Source of the DNA: Selaginella moellendorffii
Lineage: Eukaryota; Plantae; Lycopodiophyta
DNA: 64,000 bases
Reading direction: 5' to 3'
Assembly: GCF_000143415.4 (NCBI RefSeq)
Contig: NW_003314274.1
Location: 1,502,851-1,566,850, forward strand
Shown: positions 36,253 through 47,080 of the stretch, piece by piece
Layout: every line of letters begins with the position of its first letter
How positions within the stretch are numbered: position 1 is the stretch's first letter
Position numbers and translations under genes: made by a program
Notes under the pieces: model-generated
Databases searched by the model: none
Told to the model about the DNA's origin: nothing
The model's input: the letters and a program-made list of their open reading frames with translations, nothing else

Positions 36253-39200
36253 TCTCTCTTGAATTCGCGGAAGGGTTGAACCACGCTTTATCGAAGGCTA
36301 TATGATGGCTGTTGCAAGTTTATTTTTTTTTGGAGCATCGTTTTCCAGGCACATAGGTCAAAGGATCTTCGCTTGAAGAGTGGGTGTTGTCGCTTCTAGC
36401 ATGTAAATTAAGATTCGCAACCATGACAAATCAAGCTCATCTATCTTGATCAGGACAACTCTACCATGCTAATTTAACGCGTTCTCCGTTTATCGGCACT
36501 CGCTCTTGGCCCCATTGACCAACTGCGTGAGCGTTCCCACTAAGGAGATCAAGGCGCTTTTCCTTCCTAGCAAGCTTTCAAAAATTTGCTTATGCTATGT
36601 TTCTTAAGATTAAGCTTTATGCCTTATCTTTTTTCCACTAACTGTTTTGCCTATATGTACAATATGACAGTGCAAATAGTTGTCAACCATAGATACAAGT
36701 GACCTGCTCAAAATTCATATTATTTAATGCATTATTAATTTGAACAAGTTTAAGCACACGTAAGTGACGAGAAGTGCCTGTCACTTTTTACTTCATCAAC
36801 CCATTTTTAATATCAGCAGCACCTCCATCATGCTCATCCTTCCTCTGGCCAGACCCGAAATTTTTTAAAATCATGTCAATGTTGAAATTCTTGAAGTGCT
36901 GTCCAATTTGCTGAAAAGAAACTCTTGATTTGAATTGTCCAGCACAACCATCACTTCAAATGTAGTGCCTCTTGTAAATAACTCCTTGTTTTAGCAACCA
37001 AAAGTGATAGTATTTGAGGTAATGTCGAACAAATACATTCCTTGTTATTGTCATTATGACAAGTAAAAATGAAAGTACTTTTTCACTTAGTCACTTCTTG
37101 GAATACATAAGTGTTTCCTTGCTCATTCTCCCAGTGCCTAGATTGCACTTTCCATGAAGCTATAGTTTTTGGTGAAGTCAAGAATAAAAACTATAATTTC
37201 AATTCGAAAGTTAGTAAGATATATCAAAAGCTATTGCTTGCCACTTAGTTCAAAAGTTGTGTCAAAAACTTAATAGTATTAACTTTTAACTCATATATCA
37301 AGTTTTCTAAAATGGTTTCGACTTCTGAAAACATTAGTTTTCTCAAAAATTTCATCTTGCCTCTTGCTTTCAATTGCTCCATTTGCTTTAGTAAGAACTT
37401 CTTTTTAATTTTGATAAATTGTCTCTATTTGATCTTGTAGTTGCTTTCTGTTTCAAACTACTTTGGACAGAGACACCACAAATGTTATATTGTTAGTAGA
37501 TGCAATTTGGATTGTGCTATTCAATCAAACCTCCAGCATCACAAATGCTAAAATTCTAAAAGGTTGTTTGGTGTTTTCACCTTTGCTTCACATTCTTTTC
37601 CTGGTCCATATAGCTCGCATTTGCAATTGCAATCATTATGAGGACCTCACTTGTCAAGCCTTAGTTTCTGCAAACCTTGAATGATGTACTTCATCTTCAT
37701 GTGATCAATACAACAACATATGTTGCATTCAATTATTAGCTTCATAAATTGGAACTACAAAAGAGAGAAACTATAAGTGAAGCTCAAAGTTGAATTCACT
37801 TTACAAACTAATAACACAGTAAAAGTGTAATGAACTAAACACAATTAAGTGGTGGGAGGTGAGTGAGTTTCAAGTGAAAGTAATGCAACAGTCAATGAGT
37901 CCTAAAAATTAAGTGAGTCTAAGTGAAAATCAAAGGTGCCAGTAAAATCAAGTGAATATAAGTTAAAATAGAGTATAACTTTAGAAATCTAATAGTGAGA
38001 AGCAAGAGGATATATGTGAATCAAACTGAATAGGTAAGTGATTATAATTGCAATTTATTTCCAACCAGTGCATCAAATGTTCCTTGTAAACTCCATGGGA
38101 CACTCTATGTTGACAAATGTCCTTCCTATTTGGTAACATGCAAGTGTTACAAATTCAGAAATCATGTATCACTTCCTTGATCTCATCTAGTATCTCATTT
38201 AAATACTTCCTCTATCTAGCTATCGTTTACAGCAAGTGAAGAAATCAAAACTCATAAATTTGAGTTAATCCATGAAGTTTGCTCTTTTATTCAGGTTGAA
38301 AGTGGCTGAGGACTATCTCCTTATAGAGATTAAGATCACTCTTAGTGAGCCCTGTGTACAAAGAAAAATTAGAAATTAGAAATTTTACTGATGGATGAAA
38401 GCTAGATATAACATGGCAAAAGTTCTCTATGTGTAGAACCAAGCCAAGAATCTTACATTGAGTGGTGAGAGAGAATGTAAAGGTGAAGTTCTTGAATATA
38501 CAAGCTATATGGTTGGCAATTCTTTGCTTTGCACAAAATGATGGTTATGACCTTGAAATTGTCACAACTACAACACTTCTTGAGTTGTCACTCACACTTC
38601 CAATTAGTGCTGCTGCTCACTATACTGGGAGGCAATCACTTGGCAGCACAACAAGTCTTGGAGAAGTGCAAGAGAACTTTAGCCAAAACTATGAGATTCT
38701 TTGGGCCAATAGCTAAGATTCTAACTTATAAGGCCCAAATTAAAAAAAAAGTGATATGTATACCCATCTGATCAAATACAAACTTCAATTCACCAAATCA
38801 ACAAATCAATTAACTTATCTACCACTAAACACTTTTCTTGGTACCTGTTTCATGCTTTTACCCTAAACATCTCTTCTCTTTTACAATATTAAATATAATA
38901 ATAACAATAGTATTTTTTATGATGTTGAACATCAATTTATATCCTTTTTATTTAGCTAATAATGAATTACATTTATCGTCATTTCTTATTTACATTTAGA
39001 TTGATATTTTCCTAGCCCTTAAAAAAAATATTTATCACCTTTTGATAAATATTTTATAGCTTCTACACATGTGCCATCTTCTCATATCCTCTAATGAACC
39101 ATGCCACGGTCTGGATTTTGGGGGAGCTAAGTAGTGCCACCTGATCCCGATCCGTGGGCAGTCAAAGAATTTGAGCCCCGTGAGCATGGACTGGGAAATG

Positions 39201-39774
39201 ATGCTGGCAGAAAATTCAAAAGACTGATATGCGACCCACATCAACTGGAAGTTGAACGGGGAGATATTGCCGACCACGAATTCCGCAGGAGGACTAACTG
39301 TGCCAACGCTGTAACCAACAATAAGTTGAGGATGATATATAAATAAAATTAAAGTCTACATGTTTATAATATAAATGTGTTCTATCGAGCAGTCCTCTTG
39401 TATACAGGCTTGACTGGCTGGTTGACTTTTGTCACTCTACTTGCCAATCTTACAAAAACACAAAGCAAAATCCTTAAGCTAAATCAGTTACAGGCAGGGA
39501 AAACAGGTTTTCACAAGCTGGTCCTTGGTTACTCTGGAAAAAAGTGGAGCAGCTTGTTTGAAAACAATAATGCTCGTCTGGACGCTCTTGCCAGACGTGG
39601 TCGCCTGCTTGAAGAGTGACGACCTGCAGCAATTGGGACGGAACAAATGTCGCGTCACGTAAAACAAGCTTTTTTCGGTCATGAAGGTTTACCCAAGGCA
39701 TCAGATATCTAAGTCTTCGTTTGATAGCAAGGAGTTCGCTGGCTCGGTGCTGCTTGTATTTCAGCGTGCGCTTG

Positions 39775-40262
39775 GTGGCAGCGATGAAAGTTGCGGAGCT
39801 ATGGAGGGGCTCAAGTCGTGATCGTCGGTGCTGGAAAAGATGTACAAGCTGCTCGTCAAAGGCTGCACTCGGCTGAGCGACGTTGTCTTCACGAGCACAG
39901 CCTCGGACCAGCCACTCTTCTACAAAGGTGACGCTGGGAAGATCCCCACTGCTCCTTTGGGAACCAGGTTCTTCATCGACATCTCGGTTCCTCGGCGTCA
40001 AGCTCTACAATGTAGACGACTTGAAAGAGGTGGTGGCCGCCAGCCAGGACGAGAGGAGGAGGAAAGCCATGGAGGCCCAGACCATCATCGAGGAGGAGCT
40101 GGGGAGAATTATAAAGAAGCTGGGAGCTTACGCGGAGAGAATCCGGATGAGCGAGCTGACGACCCATCTTCGTCCCCCCACCTACAGAAACGGCAGATCG
40201 AACGTACACGGCACTGATACCCGTGCCTTGGATTACTCGTAGAAAAACTTCATATGAAATCA
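39775..40262 (+). pseudogene. HEMA pseudogene fragment (3' coding part plus 3'UTR) with many internal deletions
   Basis: Near-identical blocks to HEMA 32160-33170 ([38 protein letters not shown], and 3'UTR CACGGCACTGATACC..GTGCCTTGGATTACTC) with frameshifts. Confidence 0.92.
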
Positions 40263-40334
40263 AAGTTGTAAACGAGCACATCGTCAGTGTCCAATCCAAA
40301 CACGTACCTCTTATACAATGGACGGTTGTTCCTC

Positions 40335-41790
40335 TCAATCGCTGTAGTAGCTGTAGTCTTTAAGACCGGGCTGGAACCTTCGAAAGAGCTCGTTTCGGAA
40401 CAAGTTCTTCATCGCAAGTCTCTTCATGTAGATGGGAACGAGTCGGCTTCTTCCACCTTCTGGAGATGGGAACAAGTAGGCGTGGCCGTCTCCCAAGAGT
40501 GGCTGGAACGTGAAGGAGTTGTGAATAGGCGTTCCCCATCCAAAATCCACCTCGAAGATCGGGAAGTTGACCATACTCGTGCTCTGCACGTCGGTTCCAG
40601 AGTAGAAGTTGCAGGCAAAACCGATGTCTCTGTCGTTCTTCTGAAGCTCAATCTCCATCCAGTCTATCACCGACTTGAGGTACTCCGCCGTTGTGCACGA
40701 GAGGTCGTCGTAGATGAGCTTTGCAGCGTAGGAGACGTGCTTATTCTTGATGTCCCCGGCTTTCGCTGCTAACGACGAAAGATGAGCCGTGTTTCCAGCA
40801 AAGCCGCGAGGAAGAGGTGGCTGCCAGCGCTGTCTGCAGCTTATCGGGTAGACATATCGAGTTGTGGTGTCGTCCGGGAGCTCTCTGGCTTCGGTCATCA
40901 CCTTCCAGGTGAATGCGGCCATTGCAACGAAGCTGGAGGCTTCGACCTGCCAAGGACCGTTTCTGACCTCCTGGATGATTTCGTCCACCTGTTGAGCTGT
41001 GAACCTGAAGGTGATAGCTTGGTATGGCGATGGAGCTCCTTCCTCAAAGACCTCATAGTTGCTGCTGAGAGAGCCTTCAACCTTGGGAACTGATATGTAG
41101 TCCTTAATGGGAACACTCACCACTGGTGGATCTCTGGCTTTCATCAGGTGACTTGCATACACCGGAGGAGTTGACAGTTGAAGATGCGTATGAAGTTCCG
41201 ACCATGACTTTACAAACTCCACCGCAGCCCAGCCATCGTGAATTGCATGCGCCATACTAAATCCCAGAGCGATCCCTCCACACTTGAAGAGGGTAGCCTG
41301 AAAAGAAAATCAGCGAGCTATACAAGCAGAAGGTTCGAGTCTATTCATTTACCTGAATTCGTACGAGTGGAGCACTGCTGTAGTCCGCTATCACTGTATC
41401 TTCAAATGTCAGCTTGGCTTCTACTGTGCAGTCCTTGATGTCTTTCCAGTCATCGAATCTTGCCTCGGTAACTGCCTCGCGAAAAATAACTCCCTTGTCA
41501 TTCAGCTCGACTTCGAATCTGTTATTCTCGTTCTTCACCAGCCTCCCCGCGAGAGATGGATAGTAAATCAATAACCTCGACAATGAGTCCTTCAATCCTT
41601 TGAAAAAAGCATCCTGGTCTTGAATCAAATGATCCGAAGCTGGCTTGAAGTACCACACGGTGTTCATGTACCACTGGCCTGTAAACACCTGATCTAAATT
41701 CGAAAGGAAACGTCGTTCCTGAATTGGTGTTGGAGATGCCGGGACGATAACAGAGGTGGACTTCAGATCGACTCCCCACAGAGCTCCCAT
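40335..41790 (-). CDS. BAHD (HXXXD-type) acyltransferase, copy B (2 exons)
   Basis: Close paralogue of 34799-36252; HAIHDG and canonical DFGWG; ATG at 41790. Confidence 0.95.
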
Positions 41791-41903
41791 TTTCTTGGCT
41801 ACCTCTTCAGATTCAGCCCGAAGAAAGCAGGTTGAATGCGTTCTCCTTATCAAGGCTGCATATGGTGGTTGTCCCATGTTCAGTATTCCGGTAAAGGTCC
41901 ATG

Positions 41904-44439
41904 TCATGTACGAAGTACAGCACCATCAGTAATTCTCCAGCCAGCATCTCCGTAATGAAGTTCATATCTTGTAGTGTAAGAGCTTTTGTATGAATCGTTG
42001 CGTTGGGGATTGTTGCTATCATAGAGCCGAGCAGTTTCTTCAAGAGTGGCCTCCACCATAGCTCGTCTACCGTCCTCGCTAATAGTCACACTGTCTATAT
42101 TTATCTCCAGAAGCTTGTATTCCCAATACCATCCATGTTTTGCTACTTCGACAGCCCGATCAGTCCAGCTCTTCAGCATCTGGCCGTCGAGTATCTGCTC
42201 ACAGAAAGTACCAATGTTATTAGTACGCAAGCAAGAGCATATATCCACATGTACCTCGTTAAGTTGAGTGATGCCACGGGTCACTCCAAGCGCCTTGGCT
42301 TTTGCAGCCTGCCATTTTCGTATCAACTGCTCTGCTAGCCTTGCATCCATTCTTAAGACCTCCTTCTGTTCGGTTGTACCTACAGGTAAGAAAACAATCG
42401 AAAAAAGCTCCACCCAATCTGCACACAACATACCTTTCCTTAAAGTCATCGCAGACGTAAGTGCTGGCACGAGAGGTGCCACTCTCCAGCTTTTGAGGAC
42501 CTTCTGGAAGGGTGGATAACTGACGCTTGCGATTGCCAGCCCTCCAAACACAGCAGCAATGCAGGCGATCTGCAGAGGAAGTAAACGGTTGCTTGAATGC
42601 TTAGTAACACCTTCTCCGAGACGTGCAATAGCAGCAGCAGCCTCTTGTGGAAAGCTTCCTTTCTCAAGCTTTTCCAGGTATCCAAGCACCTCTGCGTCGT
42701 CGTAGTAGTCACTTAGAGAGACGTGAAAGTCTGCCGTTTCTCGAAAGTTTGTAAAAACCTCCTCGGCCAACCAGCTTTCCAACAATTTGCAAAGCCCTGG
42801 AAGCAGGTCACTGTCCCCGTTGCCATCTGTGCCTGATAACACAAAATCTGCGACTTCGGGACACCTATCTGGAGAGTTGACATCGTTCAGCCCGAGGAAA
42901 TTTTTGCAGTTCTCCACTTCCCCAAGCAAAAGAGCGGATAGAGCCCGTCCAAGCATCACATCTCTTTGCTCGTCCGTAATAAGATGATTGTCATTTCTGT
43001 CACCCAAGCTCTGGTGCAGCTGAGTGAACAAGCTTCCACCCTCTTGAATCAGCCGAGGCTTCTTCGTCTTAAATCCTTCAGCAACATGCGCTAAAGCGGC
43101 CGAGTAGATCTCAAGCTTCTCTGCTGGTATATTCGTAGGAGTCTCTGTGAACAGCGCCACCTTGATGAATAAAGCTGTCAATTAGAAATAAATCACACTG
43201 AAGAATAAGTTTGGGTAAAAATGAAGTACCTGCTCGCATGCAGTCATGCGAGATAGTGCCTCTTTCATGAATTGCTCACGCGTGTATCCTCCCACTGGTG
43301 CCATTAGACCTCCTTCGCCAGCGGTCCAGAGAATGTTACGGACTTCTTGAAGCCCTTCCGAACGTTGCGACTTGTGTTCTTCGTCAAGAGGCAGCGCAAG
43401 GAGCTCCAAAACACAGCGAGGTGTGATCTCTTCTAGAGTCTCGTATACTTCTTCCTGTAAAGACGGTGCTAGCATATTTCCTCCAGCCTGCCAAAATCAG
43501 TATTTAGAAAGCGGAAAGATAAATAAAAAAGACTAAGCATACCTGTAGAAGCCTCAAAGCCCCGTTCAGCATGTCACAACTTCGAATGACGGCAGGAGGA
43601 TTTTCAGTCATTGCCTCCCTTGATAACTCAACATAAGCCAAAGCCGTCACGAGCACAACATCTTGCTTAAATGGCTTCTTCAAATTCTCATCGAGTAGAG
43701 CTTCACCGACTTGCAAAACCACTTCGGCCTCGCCCGCTTCTTGAAGAAGGCACAATGCTGCTGGTATCTGCAAAATTGCGTCAGTCGAGGACGAGAACAA
43801 ACACTAGATTGTTTTACTTACTTTGCTCCAAGGAACTTCCACAACCAGAGTTCCAGCCTCGTCTTCTTTCAAGCCATGGTCATACTCGTCACGAAGATCT
43901 CTGTCAGCCAGTGTATCACACGCGACTTTTAAGATTTGCTGTCGCGCTTTCAGAAGCTCCACGCTGAATCCCTCGGTGGGAGGGTTGCTTACGCGAGCTT
44001 CGTATGCTCTCATCACAGCATCGGTGGAGAAATGTGGCTCTGCTCCAAGAATCTTTATCAGACAAAAAAACGTCATCACCACAAAGACTACTTTGGAAGA
44101 AAATAAAGAGTTTGTCTCACTTGGTAGTAGTCGATGGGAAGCTGCATGGATTTCTCTGCATTTCGCAGCGCCACGGAAGGCTGAGCCTGTGCTAGAGCAC
44201 AAATCACCGATACTTTACTTCGCTTTTGCAAGCGCAGAGGATTGCTCGTCGCAATGCCCGCTTCTAGACTCTGGCCAGCAATCCTGAACGGCAATGCGCG
44301 CACCGGAGCCCGAGGCTTGCTCCCGGGGCGGCTTCCAAATGCTGGAGCAGCGATCGACACCTGCGCCGCGAGGAATGTAAACCCTACCTCGGAGAATCAC
44401 AAGAAATACCTGGACGCGAGCCGCCTGGCAGGGCGCCAT
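41904..44439 (-). CDS. ARC6: Plastid division protein ARC6
   Basis: LPIDYYQ|ILGAEPHF J-like domain, VEVPWSK|IPAALCLLQEAGE, LEEITPRCVLELLALPL, C-terminal MDARLAEQLIRKWQ...WYWEYKL...ATLEETA...SYTTRYEL. Confidence 0.95.
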
Positions 44440-44604
44440 GGAAATTCCACCCCTGTGATTCCAATGAGCTCCACCGCTACCGCACCAATCGATCGATCAT
44501 GAGCCGCTATCTAGCTCACACTGGTCTTCTCTCTTTCAAACGCATCCGTTGGATGGCCAGCTCGACATTCCGCCGCGTAATTTCCGCCTCGCTGGCAAAA
44601 TCGA

Positions 44605-44634
44605 AACCGTTGAACTGGCGGTTAACCAACGGCT
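44605..44634. promoter_or_regulatory. Two MSA-like AACGG elements in the divergent ARC6/LRR promoter
   Basis: AACCGTTGA at 44605 and ACCAACGGCT at 44625. Confidence 0.4.
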
Positions 44635-44882
44635 GTGACGTGGAGGGTAAAGTAAATAGCCATGTCATAGCGAAGTTGGTTGCCGCCAAGCGAAGAGCGA
44701 GAGACGTGACTGTACCCGCTAGGGTTTATCGGGATGATTGCGCGAGGAGGAGGTTTGTGGTCCAGAGAGAAAATGCGAGCTATCGGTGTGATCTATGGAG
44801 AAATCTCGAGAGGTTTCCATGCTGAAATGCCGGCAGCTGCGATGCGAGCTTGTAAGGCGAGGATTCTGAGAATTCCAAGAGA

Positions 44883-46937
44883 ATGAGGATAGAGGGAAGA
44901 TCAAGCTTTGTAGAATCAGCCGACGTTACGAAGAAGAATGCTAGATTAAAACAGGACAAGGGGCCAAATGAGCAGAAAGTTCTCGATTGGCAGACACTGG
45001 TAATGACTTCTACATTTATATTTAGCTTCTTATGCTTGATTGTGTTTTTTTTTTTTTTTGGCCAGTGCAAGGCAGGACGTGTTGACGAGCCATCGAAGCT
45101 TAAACACGCAAGATTCAAGGGCCATGGCATAAAAAAAATCGATCCACAAAAGTTTGGAGAGTTTACTTCCCTGCGTTACATCAATCTCACCAGCAACTTT
45201 GTGCCTCTTGTAAGTATTTCTTGTAAAAGCTTGCAGCTCTGAAACATGAGCTTCTTTTGTCATGGTTTTTTCAGGAGTCCCTTGCACCGTTTCCTTTCCT
45301 CCAAAACGTTTGCCTCCAACGGAATCGACTACTATCGGTGAATCCCCCTGCACAGAAGTTTACGGCCCTTCAGGTACAACGATTTGTTCGCTCGTGGAGC
45401 ACCTTCGTGACAAACTTTTGTTTGCAGGAATTGGATGTGTCGTACAACAAGTTGAAGGCATCGGCTATGCTTGCGTTGTCGACGTTGCCAGACTTACGCA
45501 GGCTCAACATAGACTACAACTATTTGGGCAAGATACCGGACGAGATAGGAGACTTGGGGGCATTTCCTAGTTTGCAAAAACTTTCTGCAGCAGGAAATGG
45601 TCTTCACTCATCGTCCCTCATACCCTTAAGCAAGGTTTATAAAAAAAGTACTGCATTCCTTTGTGATTATTCTTGAATTTTCTTCGCCGTCACTAGACAG
45701 CTATACTGGTAAAGGAATGCTCACTACAGTAAGTCTTTGTTTCTGACACTTTCCGCTCGTTGTAAACAGATACGAAGGCTGGAGCTGCTTTGCTTGTCGA
45801 GAAACTCGATCAGTAGCTTGCCAGAGGAGGTAACCAGCTCATTTCTCTCTTCTTTTTTTCAAAATACTGACTTGAATACTTTGGTGTCAAGCTGTACAGG
45901 TGTTTTCGTGGCCTAAGCCATTCCGGCGGCTCACGGAGCTGGATTTGTCTTTTAACTGCCTCAAAGAGCCTCACACGCTAGTGTCCCTGAGGTTTCTGGA
46001 GCATTTGAACAAGGTACGCTCGAACCTTTGTCGAGCTTTGTACTGAACTTTGCATATCATCTTGTTTCCTCAGGTGATATTGTGGGGGAATCCCATCGCC
46101 AAAAACGTTGGGCAACCGGTTATCAAAGCGTATCTTCAAGCACGGCAAAGTGGTCAGTCGTGGGCTTTGGAACCGCCACCTCCGTCACGGCATCCATACC
46201 AAAGATTCATCCCAGTTCTTCGCCCACAATCCTGTTTACTCGTAAGTTCTTCTACGTGCACTTTTTCACTAAAAAAAAACCTCTTCATTCATCCAAACTG
46301 ACTCGACTGGCCAAGTAGAATGACGCTGAGCTTCAGGCAGCTGAATGCAAGCCAGACCCCAAACCCGAGAAGAAGGAAAAGAAAGAGGTGATTTTTGCTG
46401 TAGTTGTGAAGCTACTGTCGTTTCGTAAACTCCAGTGTGTCTGTGCATGGTTTGCAGGATCCTCCAGAAACCCCAGCGGCGGATAGATCCGCATTTGGAG
46501 CGTCAATGGCATTTCTAACTCTCAAACGAGAGCTAGCATTTCCGCCCGCTCCGGTAAGCTATATCGTTCTTATCTAGTTTCATGAACGTGTTTGTGTTTG
46601 ATCCAGTCGGAGCTTAAACCTCCTCACTACTGGGCTCCTCCAAAGAGGCAGGACAGTAGCTTGTTGGAAGCCACGAGACGACACCATCGCCCCACGCTTT
46701 TGCAAAGAGTCCGGAAAATGCAGGCAAGCTTTTCCAGAAAAATTCTTCCATTTTGATGTTCCAATTTTTTTTATTTTTTTATTTTTTTCTGTTTCCATTT
46801 TTTACTTGGGACAGGCCGAGCAGGAGAAGCAAAGAACTGATGTTATTCTCAAGGGAATGCAAGAGCGCTTGAAACGTGTAGAGAGTGGGCTGAGCTTCTT
46901 GCAAAACAAGCTAACACCCCTTTGTAAGGCGGCTTAG
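44883..46937 (+). CDS. Leucine-rich repeat protein, XRRA1-like, multi-exon
   Basis: VLDWQTL|CKAGRVDEPSKL...FTSLRYINLTSNFVPL|ESLAPFPFLQNVCLQRN...LQ|ELDVSYNKL...LSTLPDLRRLNIDYN...FPSLQKLSAAGN; LWGNPI cap; stop TAG 46935-46937. Confidence 0.7.
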
Positions 46938-47080
46938 TTTTCTTTTCCAATTTCTAGCTCTAGAAGTTCACTGGTTTTCCATTCTCAGTGAGCTTAGGCT
47001 TGCAAAACATGTAAACAGAAAAAAATGTCGAAAGAACGAAGCGAAAAAATAAAGAGACCAGAAGAGGGAGGCATTTCCTT

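Noticed and set aside
34793-41438. Plus-strand ORFs conserved between the two BAHD copies
   Set aside because: Antisense shadows; their similarity simply reflects the duplication
15477-41790. Biosynthetic gene cluster (IPK, MetE, oxidoreductase, BAHDs)
   Set aside because: The genes are interspersed with unrelated housekeeping genes and there is no scaffold-forming enzyme; the proximity is explained by gene density
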